Shown here: piece after piece, positions 31,790-42,535 of the stretch | Layout of the letters: every line of letters starts with the position of its first letter | Position numbering within the stretch: the first letter of the stretch is position 1 | The notes under the pieces: model-generated | Database searches by the model: none | What the model was told of the DNA's origin: nothing | Seen by the model: only the letters and a program-made list of their open reading frames with translations | Source: an uncultured Muribaculaceae bacterium | Lineage (GTDB): Bacteria > Cyanobacteriota > Vampirovibrionia > Gastranaerophilales > Gastranaerophilaceae | Assembly: GCA_964499135.1 (NCBI GenBank) | Contig: CAZCIW010000005.1 | Span: 2,921-66,920 of the forward strand | Direction of reading: 5' to 3' | DNA: 64,000 nucleotides | Translations under genes and position numbers: made by a program

Positions 31790-33189
31790 TGAAGCATAAG
31801 CGTTTAAAATGGACAATGTTTACAATTACTGCAATCGGTAATTTCATTGCAATGTTGGATTCTACAACGGTAAATTTGGCGCTTTATCCAATGTCTGTTG
31901 ATTTACACGTTAATATGGGACAAATTCAGTGGATTATGATTGCGTATATGCTTGTTTTGACGGTTTTTCTTCCGTTTTTTGGAAAGCTTGGTGATATTCT
32001 CCCGAAAAATAAGCTTTATTCAACGGGGTTTGTAATTTTTGCATTGGGTGCATTTTTAAGTTCTACTGCAAAATCATTTGAACTATTAATTGTTTTTAGA
32101 TGTTTAGAAGCTCTTGGCGCTTCAGTTTTACTTTCTAATGCGCAGGCAATAATTGCATCCATATTCAAAAATGCTAGACGTGGCAAGGCTCTCGGCTTAA
32201 ATGGGTGTATTATAGCTATCGGCGGTATGAGTGGACCTGCTATCGGCGGGATTTTAATCCATTATTTTGGTTGGCATTCTATATTTTATCCTTGTGCGCT
32301 CATTGGAATAGTTTGTGCTTATCTTGCCTATATGTTGCTTCCGCACAATGTAAAAAAACTTAAAAAATTTAAGTTTGACTATAAAGGATTTATATATTTT
32401 ACGATAAGTTTGTTTGCTTTGTTACTTGCAATTTCGGAAGGTCACAGTTGGGGCTGGAATTCTGTGAGAATTATCGCTCTGGGTACAGTTTCTTTGATTT
32501 TTGGGGCTCTGTTTTATTTCCGAGATCACAAGATAAATTATCCGTTAATAAATTTCGCATTGTTCAAAATTCGTCCTTTTACATTCGGAAATTTAGCGGT
32601 AATGACGTCTTATATGGCAATGTTTACTAACAGTATACTTTTACCTTTCTTTTTGCAAGAAATTTTAAAATATAATCCGCTTGTAACTGGACTTCTAATT
32701 TTGCCGTATTCGGTTACACTTTCAGTTGTGGCGCCGATTAGCGGCAGAATGTCAGGTAAATACGGAAGCAGATATTTGACACTTGCGGGTCCGGTTGTGT
32801 ATTGTATTGCTCTTTTAATGTTTACTCTTTTGAGCAAAAACGCTCCGATGTGGCAGATTGTTTTGGCTTCGGGAATTATGGGGATTGGAAACGGACTTTT
32901 CCAGTCACCTTCTAACAATGCAATTATGACGAGTGTCAAAAAAGAAGAACTTGGAATTGCATCGGGAATTTTAGCGCTTTCACGCAATATGGGAAATATC
33001 TTAGGCGTCGCTGTTACAATTACACTTTTTGAAACATTTAGAAACCTATTTATAGAACATGGCAAAACTTATGAAACAGCCTTCTTAACCTCATATCGTA
33101 TGACAATGATTTTCGGTATCATATTTGGATTGGCTTGTTTGATTTTTGCATATATTGCTTACAAACCTAAACAATCTATTGAAAAATAA
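31789..33189 (+). CDS. MFS transporter, 14-TMS DHA2 (EmrB/QacA-like)
   Basis: About 14 hydrophobic segments with GKLGDI and RCLEALGAS motifs. Its ATG overlaps the glmU stop (TAATG). Confidence 0.8.
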   Translation: MKHKRLKWTMFTITAIGNFIAMLDSTTVNLALYPMSVDLHVNMGQIQWIMIAYMLVLTVFLPFFGKLGDILPKNKLYSTGFVIFALGAFLSSTAKSFELLIVFRCLEALGASVLLSNAQAIIASIFKNARRGKALGLNGCIIAIGGMSGPAIGGILIHYFGWHSIFYPCALIGIVCAYLAYMLLPHNVKKLKKFKFDYKGFIYFTISLFALLLAISEGHSWGWNSVRIIALGTVSLIFGALFYFRDHKINYPLINFALFKIRPFTFGNLAVMTSYMAMFTNSILLPFFLQEILKYNPLVTGLLILPYSVTLSVVAPISGRMSGKYGSRYLTLAGPVVYCIALLMFTLLSKNAPMWQIVLASGIMGIGNGLFQSPSNNAIMTSVKKEELGIASGILALSRNMGNILGVAVTITLFETFRNLFIEHGKTYETAFLTSYRMTMIFGIIFGLACLIFAYIAYKPKQSIEK

Positions 33190-33241
33190 AAATGCTCGTT
33201 GTAACATTTAAGTGTACAATTTACACCATAAAAGAGGAAAT

Positions 33242-35041
33242 ATGACTAATACAAATGAAAATATCAGAAATATAGCGATTATCGCCCACGTTGACCACGG
33301 TAAAACAACACTGGTAGACTGTCTTTTGAAGCAAGCAGGTGCGTTTCGTGCCAATCAGCAGGTGCAGGAAAGAGTTCTTGACAGCAACGATTTGGAAAGA
33401 GAACGCGGGATTACAATTTTATCAAAAAACATTTCGATTAATTATAAAGATACAAAAATCAACGTTATTGATACCCCCGGACACGCTGATTTTGGCGGTG
33501 AAGTTGAACGAGTTCTGGGAATGGTAGACGGCGCACTTTTAATTGTTGATGCTGCTGAAGGTCCAATGCCTCAAACGAGATTTGTGCTTTCAAAAGCGCT
33601 TGAACTTGGATTAAGGATTATTGTTGTAATTAATAAGATTGATAAGCCTGCCGCTGAGCCATTAACTGCATTGGATAAAGTTTTTGATTTGTTTACAGAG
33701 TTGACAGATAACGAAGATCTAATCGATTTTCCGTTTATTTTTTCAAGTAGCCTCAACGGATTTGCAATAAAAGATTTGGACGATGAAAGAAAAGATATGG
33801 TCCCACTTCTTGATTGTATTTTGGAAAATATTAAACCTCCAAAAGGTGATGCTTCAAAACCGTTCCAATTCCGCGCAACAACTCTTGACTATAACGAATA
33901 TGTGGGCAGAATTGTTATTGGGCGTATAGAAAACGGTTCAGTTAAATCGCAAGAGCAAGTTTGTGTAATTCATGCTGATGGCTCTCAAGAACGTGGAAAA
34001 ATCACGAAGTTGTACGGATTTCATGACCTTGGGAGAGTCGAGATTGAAGAAGCTTTTGCAGGAGATATTGTTGGTATTGCCGGATTTGCAGATGTCCAAA
34101 TTGGTGAAAGTATTTGTTCTGTTGCAGACCCGCAACCGCTTCCTTTGATTAAGGTTGATGAACCTACATTACAGATGAATTTTTCTGTTAATGATAGTCC
34201 TTTTGCTGGGACTGAAGGAAAGTTCGTTACATCTCGTCAATTGAGAAAAAGATTGTATGACGAACTTGAAAAAAATGTAAGTTTACGTGTCGAGGATACG
34301 GATTCTACAGATGTTTTCAGAGTTTCCGGAAGAGGAGAACTTCATTTGGGAATTTTGATTGAAACAATGAGGCGCGAAGGTTACGAATTTCAGGTTTCAA
34401 AACCGGAAGTTATTTATAAATCTGTTAATGGAGAACATTGTGAACCTTATGAAAATTTGATTATTGATGTTCCCGAAAATTGTGCCGGTGGGTGTATTGA
34501 TAGGCTTTCAGGCAGAAAAGCCGAAATGAAGGAAATGAATAACGCTAAAGGTAGAACTACAATGACGTTTCATATTCCCGCTCGTGGATTGATTGGTTTC
34601 AGAAGTGAATTTATCAGAATGACACGCGGTGAGGGTATAATGTATCACACATTCCTTCATTACAGACCTTATGCAGGAGATATTCCCCGTCAGAGAAACG
34701 GCTCAATTATAGCGCATGAACTAGGTGAAGCTATTCCGTATGCTTTGGCTCAATATGAGGATCGCGGGGTATTTTTTGTTACTCCGAAAACAAAAGTTTA
34801 CCGAGGAATGATTATCGGCGAATGCAACAAACCTCAAGACATAGTTGTTAATATTTGCAAGACCAAGAAACTTACAAATATGAGAAGTGCAACTGCTGAT
34901 GTTATGGTAACTCTTCAAGCACATAAAGAAATGACGTTAGAAGAATGTATGGAATATATTTCAGATGATGAGCTTGTTGAAATTACTCCGCAAAATATAA
35001 GAATTAGAAAAGCGGATTTGACAAGAAAAATTTATAACTAA
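33242..35041 (+). CDS. typA: translational GTPase TypA/BipA
   Basis: [30 protein letters not shown] and NKIDK. SD AGAGGA precedes ATG 33242. Confidence 0.9.
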   Translation: MTNTNENIRNIAIIAHVDHGKTTLVDCLLKQAGAFRANQQVQERVLDSNDLERERGITILSKNISINYKDTKINVIDTPGHADFGGEVERVLGMVDGALLIVDAAEGPMPQTRFVLSKALELGLRIIVVINKIDKPAAEPLTALDKVFDLFTELTDNEDLIDFPFIFSSSLNGFAIKDLDDERKDMVPLLDCILENIKPPKGDASKPFQFRATTLDYNEYVGRIVIGRIENGSVKSQEQVCVIHADGSQERGKITKLYGFHDLGRVEIEEAFAGDIVGIAGFADVQIGESICSVADPQPLPLIKVDEPTLQMNFSVNDSPFAGTEGKFVTSRQLRKRLYDELEKNVSLRVEDTDSTDVFRVSGRGELHLGILIETMRREGYEFQVSKPEVIYKSVNGEHCEPYENLIIDVPENCAGGCIDRLSGRKAEMKEMNNAKGRTTMTFHIPARGLIGFRSEFIRMTRGEGIMYHTFLHYRPYAGDIPRQRNGSIIAHELGEAIPYALAQYEDRGVFFVTPKTKVYRGMIIGECNKPQDIVVNICKTKKLTNMRSATADVMVTLQAHKEMTLEECMEYISDDELVEITPQNIRIRKADLTRKIYN

Positions 35042-35051
35042 AATGATAACG

Positions 35052-35083
35052 AAAAACGACCTTTTAAAAAGGTCGTTTTTTTT
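35052..35083. terminator. bidirectional terminator between typA and glgA
   Basis: aaaaacgacc ... ggtcgttttt hairpin, flanked by an A-run upstream and a T-run downstream. Confidence 0.7.
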
Positions 35084-35140
35084 ATATCTGAGACTAGTTT
35101 CTGTAGTCTACTTCTATTTCGCTCCTATTTACTCCTACCA

Positions 35141-36589
35141 CTATTTCCCGCAAAGTTCTCTATACATTTTTAAATATTCGGCAGAACTTTTCTTCCAAGA
35201 AAAATCGGTTTCCATTGCAGATTTTCTCATTGCGTTGAATGTGTACTTATCTTTATAGACATTTAATGCGCAATTAATAGCATCAATCATTGCTTGAGCG
35301 TTATAGCCCCAGAATTTAAATCCTGTTGAATTGTCAAGCGGATAACCGGTTATAGTGTCTTCTAATCCGCCTGTTGCTCTTACTACAGGTAATGAACCAT
35401 ATCTCATTGCAATCAATTGACTAAGACCGCAAGGCTCAAATGCAGATGGCATAAGATAAAAATCACTTGCTGCATATATCTTGTTTGCAAGTTCCGCATT
35501 ATATCCGATGTAGGCTCTTATATTGGGAGAATTGTTTGAAAGCCAGATGAGAAGATTTTCATAGTCTGTATTTCCACTTCCCAAAAATACAAAATCTGCA
35601 TCCATATTTTTCAAAACATTTTCGGCATCCCTTATTAAATCAATACCCTTTTGCGGAACAAGTCTCGAAATCATTACAAATAAAGGTCTTTCCGGATTGT
35701 ATTTTAATCCGAAATATTCACAGATGTATTTTTTATTCTCTTCTTTTTTATTGAGCGATTTTACATCATAATTTTTTACAAGTGATTTATCTTTTTTAGG
35801 ATTAAATTCATCATAATCAATTCCGTTTAAAATTCCTCGAAGTTTATATTGAACTCCTCTTAAGGTATAATCCATTCCCTCTCCGTATTCGCCGGTCAGG
35901 ATTTCTCTTGCGTAAGTTGGTGATACCGCAACAACTCTGTCTGAATAATTGATTGCGCCTTTCATCCAGTTGACGCGACCATAATGTTCAACACACCACT
36001 CGTTGTAAACGATATCTTTTCGCATATTTGCAAAGTCAAGAACATTTTCAAACCAAACCCCCTGATATGCAAGGTTATGGATCTCAAAGACAGTCTTGGT
36101 ATTTGCCCAGAATTCATCAAATCGGTAATTACTGTGAAGGTAAACCGGTATCATTGCTGTATGCCAGTCATTTGCATGTATTACATCCGCGCGGAAATTT
36201 AAAAGTTTTGCGTATTCCATTACCGCAAGCGAAAATGCAATATATCTTTCATGTTCGTATTCCGGATCAAGCCATTTTGGGTAAACTTCTTTAAAACAAG
36301 AAAAATACCAATCATTTTGTACGAAAAATACATTTATTTTTGTTCCGGGAAGTTTTGTCATCAAGAGTTTGAAGCGGTGTCCGTTTCCGTTGAATGTAAG
36401 CCATAAATCAGAATTTTCAAGTTCTTTAATACCGAATTTCTCCTTGTTAATGAGTCCGTGCAATGGCGTAAAAATTGCTATTTCTGCGTCTTTTTCAAGA
36501 TATTTGGGTAAACTTCCTACCACATCTGCAAGTCCGCCGGCCTTTGAAAACGGCGCAACTTCTGCTGCTGCAAATAAAACTTTCATCAT
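35141..36589 (-). CDS. glgA: glycogen synthase
   Basis: MKVLFAAAEVAPFSKAGGLADV; 482 aa; GT5 family layout. Confidence 0.9.
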   Translation of the reverse strand: MMKVLFAAAEVAPFSKAGGLADVVGSLPKYLEKDAEIAIFTPLHGLINKEKFGIKELENSDLWLTFNGNGHRFKLLMTKLPGTKINVFFVQNDWYFSCFKEVYPKWLDPEYEHERYIAFSLAVMEYAKLLNFRADVIHANDWHTAMIPVYLHSNYRFDEFWANTKTVFEIHNLAYQGVWFENVLDFANMRKDIVYNEWCVEHYGRVNWMKGAINYSDRVVAVSPTYAREILTGEYGEGMDYTLRGVQYKLRGILNGIDYDEFNPKKDKSLVKNYDVKSLNKKEENKKYICEYFGLKYNPERPLFVMISRLVPQKGIDLIRDAENVLKNMDADFVFLGSGNTDYENLLIWLSNNSPNIRAYIGYNAELANKIYAASDFYLMPSAFEPCGLSQLIAMRYGSLPVVRATGGLEDTITGYPLDNSTGFKFWGYNAQAMIDAINCALNVYKDKYTFNAMRKSAMETDFSWKKSSAEYLKMYRELCGK

Positions 36590-36607
36590 GCCTCTCTTTC
36601 CGGTTAT

Positions 36608-39600
36608 TTAGTTTTCATCGTTAGAATTACTGTTTAACAGCATCCTGATATTCAAATTGTTTTCGTCGTCCGGATCTTCTAACGGTATGTAATGTGACGG
36701 ATCTGTATCGAATTCAAATTTAATACCGTGTTTTTGGGTTAAGTATCCGCACTGAGAAATACAAATTTGAGCATTATCCATATTGCCTTTATACATTTGA
36801 ACTTTGTACATTTGGTATTTAAAAAGTAATAGCAAATATTCATTAGAGTGTTCGGCTTTTTCAAGTTGGATTAAAGAGTTGTTGATAATCCCATATGAAA
36901 CCGTGTATTTGCCCTGACGTAGGTTTAATTCACTCATCATAAGCCAGGCCGCATACGTTAGATTTGACATCCCGTTATCACCGGTTGCACGTATTATTCT
37001 GTAGATAATTAAAGATGCTTTGTCAAAAGATTCAAGTTCAACATATGCTTTTCCGATTAGCAGATCGCAAAACATTTCAAGCTGATGAAGTCTTACAGAT
37101 CTAGCGAGTCTTTTTGCTGCATAAATTTCTTCCGCGAATCCGTTTGTATCGTTAAGATATTTTGTGAATGCTTCAAGAATATGGAAAAGCACACCCGAGA
37201 ACTTATCTGTCTCAGAAACCATTACCGGACTGTGAACAGCACCACCGCCGTGGATGAAAGTTTCCAGTGCCGCAAAAATTTCATAAGACGGCGGAATTAT
37301 TGGTAAATCCGATTTTACAAGATTTAAAAAGTCTTTTACATTCCCTTTTAGCTGTAAAACATTAGCAAGAGCAACAAATCCCACAGCATCAATAATTATT
37401 GATTGAAATTCTTCTTCTGAAAAATCTTCGGGTCTTATTTCATTAATATTACCGAGATTTATGACACTTAAAAGTTTGTAACCGATATCGAGACAATCTT
37501 CAAAAGCGCCGATATTGAAAAGTATTTCGATATGAACAAGTGTCATAAGGAAGAAATACTTGTTGAAATCCGGCGCTGACGGATCAATAGAAGCTTTTGG
37601 AAGTCTTGAAAGAATTTTGTGCGTAAGCTCAAGCGCGTGCATATAGTTACCGCTGGTAAGACAGCCTCTAATCATTTTGTTACAAAGGTGTATTATTCGT
37701 TCGGTATTTCCGGTTTGTTCCAGTCTCTCCAGTGTTGCTTCTGCTATTCCTGAAGTCTTTTCAGGAAGGTATTCATACAAATTGTTGGATATATTTTCGT
37801 ACAAGTCGAGTTTGTATTGTTCTATTTCCTCTGCTATTTCTTCATCGGTATTTTTGTTAAGAAGTTCAATTATCTTGTCTGCACAGTTTACATAAGCATT
37901 GAAGTCGCCCATAGAAAGACTTATCTTTGCAAGGGCTTCCCACTCAAGAAATTCTGATTTTGAGTCCTTCAGCAGTGAGTATAGATATGCTTTTGTTGGG
38001 CTTGGCATGTTGTTAACAAAAACTTTTTCAAACAGGTCAGTAGCAATGCTTTTTAACAAATCTTTATTTAGCACTGCAAGGATATTTTCTTTTAGAAGAT
38101 TATAATTTGGGAAGTACATACAGTTGTTCCAGAAATATATGTATCCCATTTCTGAAAGTTTTTGTATGATTTCGTCAATATTATCATAATTAAGACTTTT
38201 TATAGTTTGTTGGTCAACTCTTGTTCCTAAAAGTACGCATGTGGCAAGAAATTTTATAGCATCAGGATCATCTTCAAGAAGGTTCAAACGTCGTTTCATT
38301 AGCTTATTTAAACTTGATGGCATTATGATTGTTTTTGGATTTATGAGTTCAATGCAATCTTCTGTTGCTGCATAAACTCCGCTTTCTATTAAGTATTGGA
38401 TTGCAATATCAAGGAACAAAATACTCCCGAAAGAATATTTCGCAATACGGTGAAAATAAAAACTGTCCATAATTTTACGGTAATAGTCCTTATTTTCCGC
38501 AATCATTTTTTCAAATGAGGTCGGTTTTAGGGTGATTTCCGTATAATAAGGCTTTGACATCAGAAAATATGAGTCTTTGTGAAGTGAAAAATCCTTGTCG
38601 TAAGAAATAAGATAACTGATTTTTAATTTGTCAAACTGTTCAAAAAGGAATTTCATTACATCATAAGAACTTGAATCCATCTTATCAAAGTTTTCAATAA
38701 AGATTAATGTTTCCGGTATCACGTTTAACAAAGTTAGGAAAATATCGAAATAGACTAAACGTGTGTCTTCAGGATTGTCAAATTCGCGTTCTTTCAATGT
38801 TATCAAGTCTTTAATCATGTCGTTAGGGTCAATTGACTTAAACATAGAAAAATCATTTGTATTAAAAAGCTTTTGCGAAACCGTGTATTCAAAAATTGCT
38901 GATACCAGATCCTTGAAAAATGAATACGGCGAATACTTCATTTCGTCATAACATGTAATGCTTATGATATTTTTATAAACACCCATTTCTTCAATTAGAG
39001 AAATTACTTTCAGAGAATAAGGCACATATAAAGGTGGGGTTTTTATTGCGCAAATTCCGTATGGGTATTCTGAAAGACGGTTTACCATATGATAAAACAC
39101 GTCAATGTTTTCTGTTCTTATAAATGTTGATTGTATTTCATTAAAGTGAATAGTTTCAATATCGTAAATTGCATCCGGATCAATAGGTGTTTCGAGCCTA
39201 CTCAACGCTTCCCCGTCAAGTTTATCTTGCTCTACAAGCATGTTTTGAACAAAATTCGGAATTTCAGCTTCGCCTTCGTCTTTATCTTCCAAATCTTCGT
39301 AATTGATATTGATATGGCTATTAACTTCTATTTCATGGAACATAACCATTTCGCCTTGAAGCATAACGGAATTCAATTGGCTGGAACGGTATTTATTATC
39401 AAGAGAATCTTGAACGTAATTATCAGCAATAACCTGAAAAGAATTCAGACTTTTTTCTTTTACGTTTTCGCTTTGCTTAACCATACTGATATTAAATCCA
39501 GATTTAATATCGTACGGATTATCATCCACAGTACGTTTTAACAAAAATACGTTACATCTTACAGTGGCATTTTTCTTGTTAGTAAGTTTGTAATTCATTT

Positions 39601-40102
39601 TTGTTATTTCGGTCAAGAGTTTTATTGCGGTGGCAATCGCATTGCTAACGCTGCTGTTGAATGTATAATCTTTATTAAAACGTAAAACGTAAACATTATT
39701 TAAAATTTGGCAGCGGACACCTGCCGATTTTGCAACATTCATAATTATGTTATCAAGTTTTACTTTAAATTTGTTCAAAAGCTGAATTGAGCCAAGAAGT
39801 GCTTTTAATTCATTAACATTCGGAAAATCCAGAGTCATCATCGCAAACTTGTCAGTATTTGACTCGTTGAGGATAACGCTTTGTTCAAGAGAAAATCCGC
39901 ATTTTTTGCACTTTTTATCTACGGTCTGATTTATTTTACCGCATTTATTGCATTTGGTAATAATTACATAACCGCATTTCTTACAGGTATTGGTTTTGTT
40001 TATTGTTTTGCAGATAGGACAAACAACTTTAAGCACTTTTTTACAATTAGGGCATACGGTTGCTTTGTCATCTATCTCCATACCGCATTTTGGACATTCC
40101 AT
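36608..40102 (-). CDS. large multi-zinc-ribbon / cyclase-like (degenerate) / AAA_16-like STAND (no Walker A) / TPR-like protein
   Basis: The N-terminal 72 aa hold eight CxxC pairs (CPKCG, CPNC, CPIC, CKKCG, CNKCG, CKKCG...). The STAND-like core has ITCYDEMKYSPYSFF and LIFIENFDKMDSSSYDVMKFL, but IKTPPLYVPYS sits where GxxGxGKS is expected. The C-terminal half is helical-repeat. Confidence 0.6.
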   Translation of the reverse strand: MECPKCGMEIDDKATVCPNCKKVLKVVCPICKTINKTNTCKKCGYVIITKCNKCGKINQTVDKKCKKCGFSLEQSVILNESNTDKFAMMTLDFPNVNELKALLGSIQLLNKFKVKLDNIIMNVAKSAGVRCQILNNVYVLRFNKDYTFNSSVSNAIATAIKLLTEITKMNYKLTNKKNATVRCNVFLLKRTVDDNPYDIKSGFNISMVKQSENVKEKSLNSFQVIADNYVQDSLDNKYRSSQLNSVMLQGEMVMFHEIEVNSHININYEDLEDKDEGEAEIPNFVQNMLVEQDKLDGEALSRLETPIDPDAIYDIETIHFNEIQSTFIRTENIDVFYHMVNRLSEYPYGICAIKTPPLYVPYSLKVISLIEEMGVYKNIISITCYDEMKYSPYSFFKDLVSAIFEYTVSQKLFNTNDFSMFKSIDPNDMIKDLITLKEREFDNPEDTRLVYFDIFLTLLNVIPETLIFIENFDKMDSSSYDVMKFLFEQFDKLKISYLISYDKDFSLHKDSYFLMSKPYYTEITLKPTSFEKMIAENKDYYRKIMDSFYFHRIAKYSFGSILFLDIAIQYLIESGVYAATEDCIELINPKTIIMPSSLNKLMKRRLNLLEDDPDAIKFLATCVLLGTRVDQQTIKSLNYDNIDEIIQKLSEMGYIYFWNNCMYFPNYNLLKENILAVLNKDLLKSIATDLFEKVFVNNMPSPTKAYLYSLLKDSKSEFLEWEALAKISLSMGDFNAYVNCADKIIELLNKNTDEEIAEEIEQYKLDLYENISNNLYEYLPEKTSGIAEATLERLEQTGNTERIIHLCNKMIRGCLTSGNYMHALELTHKILSRLPKASIDPSAPDFNKYFFLMTLVHIEILFNIGAFEDCLDIGYKLLSVINLGNINEIRPEDFSEEEFQSIIIDAVGFVALANVLQLKGNVKDFLNLVKSDLPIIPPSYEIFAALETFIHGGGAVHSPVMVSETDKFSGVLFHILEAFTKYLNDTNGFAEEIYAAKRLARSVRLHQLEMFCDLLIGKAYVELESFDKASLIIYRIIRATGDNGMSNLTYAAWLMMSELNLRQGKYTVSYGIINNSLIQLEKAEHSNEYLLLLFKYQMYKVQMYKGNMDNAQICISQCGYLTQKHGIKFEFDTDPSHYIPLEDPDDENNLNIRMLLNSNSNDEN

Positions 40103-40117
40103 AAAAAAATTATACCA
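40103..40117 (-). promoter_or_regulatory. extended -10 (TGGTATAAT) 6 nt before the ATG of the zinc-ribbon/STAND gene; leaderless candidate
   Basis: The minus strand reads TGGTATAAT tttttt ATG (40117 down to 40100). No SD. Confidence 0.45.
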
Positions 40118-40146
40118 TGCCGAAAGATTTTCAACAATATATTTTA

Positions 40147-41316
40147 CTAATTGTATCTAATTTCGGCTTCCTTCATTCTTCTGATACATTCTTTAATCGT
40201 ATTTGCATCCTTGGTAAGGGCTATGCGGAAATAACCTTCTCCGTACTGTCCGTACCCATTCCCTGGCGGAACCACAACATGTGCTTTTTCAAGCATTACT
40301 GTCACAAATTCTTCACTGGACATTCCTTTTGGTACAGGAAGCCAGAGGTAGAAAGTTGCTTTGGAAGGTTTTATATCCCATCCAAGTTCTCGCAATCCGT
40401 TTTCTGCCACATCGCGACGTTCCTGATACATTTTATTAAGGTTTTCTATTAGAGAATTATCAATAGAAAATGCAACAGCCGCCGCATCCTGAATAGCTTT
40501 AAACGTACCGCTGTCAATATTGTTCTTAATTGTTCCAAGGGCTTTAACGGCATCGGCATTCCCGCACACAAAACCAACTCTCCAACCGGTCATATTGTAG
40601 GATTTTGAATGCGAATAAAATTCTATTGCCACATCCATTGCACCCTCCACCTGCAAAACGGAAGGCGCTTTATAGCCGTCAAATGTCATTTCGGAATATG
40701 CCATATCCGAACATAGTAAAATATCATATTTTTTACAAAAATCGACAGCTTTCTTCCAAAAATCTAAATCAGCAACAGCTCCTGTCGGATTATTAGGATA
40801 ATTCAAGAACATTAATTTTGATTTTTTGGCTATATCTTCCGGAATTTTATCGAAATCAGGCAGGTATCCGTTTTCTTCTTTTAACGGCATTGAATAAGGT
40901 GTTCCACCTGCAAAGATAGTTGCGTTTTTATAAACCGGATAACCTGGATCGGGAACAAGTGTATAATCACCTTTATCTACAAATGCAAAAAATACATGCG
41001 CGATAGCTTCTTTTGAACCGATGTTAGCGAGCATTTGTGTGTCAGGGTTTAATTTAACCCCAAATCTTCTTTCCATCCAATCACAGGCAGATTTTCTGAA
41101 ATTTTCGGTACCGTTGTAAGGAGGGTAATCGTGATTTTTAGGGTTATCTATTGCTTTGTGCATTTCCTCAACTACCGGTGCCAATGTTGGAGTATCAGGA
41201 TCCCCTATACCGAGACTGATAATATCAAATCCTTTTGCTTTAGCTTCCGCGATTTTTCTATCAATTTCCGCAAACAAATATGGCGGAATTTTTTCCAAGC
41301 GTTCTGAAACTTTCAT
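40147..41316 (-). CDS. dapL: LL-diaminopimelate aminotransferase-type class I aminotransferase
   Basis: IPPYLFAEIDRK, ISLGIGDPD and the PLP-Lys context YSHSKSYNMTGWRVG. SD AAGGAGAGG. Confidence 0.7.
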   Translation of the reverse strand: MKVSERLEKIPPYLFAEIDRKIAEAKAKGFDIISLGIGDPDTPTLAPVVEEMHKAIDNPKNHDYPPYNGTENFRKSACDWMERRFGVKLNPDTQMLANIGSKEAIAHVFFAFVDKGDYTLVPDPGYPVYKNATIFAGGTPYSMPLKEENGYLPDFDKIPEDIAKKSKLMFLNYPNNPTGAVADLDFWKKAVDFCKKYDILLCSDMAYSEMTFDGYKAPSVLQVEGAMDVAIEFYSHSKSYNMTGWRVGFVCGNADAVKALGTIKNNIDSGTFKAIQDAAAVAFSIDNSLIENLNKMYQERRDVAENGLRELGWDIKPSKATFYLWLPVPKGMSSEEFVTVMLEKAHVVVPPGNGYGQYGEGYFRIALTKDANTIKECIRRMKEAEIRYN

Positions 41317-41414
41317 AACCTCTCCTTCTTAATATAGTGTCCCTTATCCTTATTTTATGCTATCATGAATATTATAAAAGAACAAGGAAAAGTTATAAAC
41401 TTTAGAGAAAAAAT

Positions 41415-42488
41415 ATGAGTATAATTTCAGACGACAATAATTTTAAATCGAAGCCGAGTGGGGAGAAAAAAAATCCTGTAATCAAGCCTGAAAGTTTTGA
41501 AAGTGACAAAAGTTTTGAAAATTCAATTCGTCCCAAATCTTTTGAAACTTACATAGGTCAAACAGCATTGAAGGAAACTTTAAAAATTTCTATTGCTGCG
41601 GCTAAGAAACGAGAATTGCCGCTTGACCATCTTTTGTTTTACGGACCACCTGGGCTTGGCAAAACTACACTTGCGGGAGTTATTGCTGAGCAAATGGGGG
41701 TTCCCATAAGAATAACTTCTGCTCCGGCATTAGAGAGACCACGGGATATTATCGGAATTTTGATGTCTTTAAAGGGTGGAGAGATTCTGTTTATTGATGA
41801 AATTCACAGGCTTAGTAAAGTAGCGGAAGAAATTCTGTATCCCGCAATGGAAGATTTTTTTCTTGATATGACTACAGGTAAGAGTCAGACTGTAAAAACA
41901 TTGCGGGTACCGCTTCCAAAATTTACTCTGATAGGTGCAACGACAAAAGCCGGAGAGCTTTCAGGTCCACTCAGGGATAGATTCGGGATAATTCACAGGT
42001 TGGAGTTTTATACAGAAAGTGAACTTTCAGAGGTAATTGAGCGGACTGCCTCTATTTTGGGTGTTAAGATAACAAGTGAAGGTGCTCGGGCAATTGCCCG
42101 ACGTTCAAGAGGAACTCCGCGTATTGCAAACCGACTTGTAAAACGTGTAAGTGACTTTGCTTTGGTAAAGTATGACGGAAAAATTACTGAATCTGTTGCT
42201 AACGAATCTTTAGATGTCTTAAAAATTGATAATTATGGACTTGATAGTACTGACAGAAATCTTTTAACACTTATTATTGAAAAATTTGATGGTGGACCTG
42301 TTGGCATTGAGACCATTGCAGCTGCAATCGGAGAAGATGTTAGGACTATTGAGGATGTATGTGAGCCGTTTTTACTACAAGCTGGACTCTTACAGCGAAC
42401 TCCACGTGGTAGAAAGGTTTCACCGGCATGTTATAAACATTTCGGATTTAAAAATATTGATATAAATGAGCAAAAAAGCCTGTTTTAG
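41415..42488 (+). CDS. ruvB: Holliday junction branch migration helicase RuvB
   Basis: [11 protein letters not shown], Walker [19 protein letters not shown] and TPRIANRL. It has an N-terminal extension of about 35 aa. Confidence 0.9.
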   Translation: MSIISDDNNFKSKPSGEKKNPVIKPESFESDKSFENSIRPKSFETYIGQTALKETLKISIAAAKKRELPLDHLLFYGPPGLGKTTLAGVIAEQMGVPIRITSAPALERPRDIIGILMSLKGGEILFIDEIHRLSKVAEEILYPAMEDFFLDMTTGKSQTVKTLRVPLPKFTLIGATTKAGELSGPLRDRFGIIHRLEFYTESELSEVIERTASILGVKITSEGARAIARRSRGTPRIANRLVKRVSDFALVKYDGKITESVANESLDVLKIDNYGLDSTDRNLLTLIIEKFDGGPVGIETIAAAIGEDVRTIEDVCEPFLLQAGLLQRTPRGRKVSPACYKHFGFKNIDINEQKSLF

Positions 42489-42535
42489 AACAGTAGTAAT
42501 CCAACAGTAAATAAGGAAAATGTAAGGGGATATCG

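Noticed and set aside
35043-35258. Track ORF of 71 aa (+) after typA
   Set aside because: It starts inside the bidirectional terminator, overlaps the glgA 3' end on the opposite strand, and has no SD and a low-complexity product.
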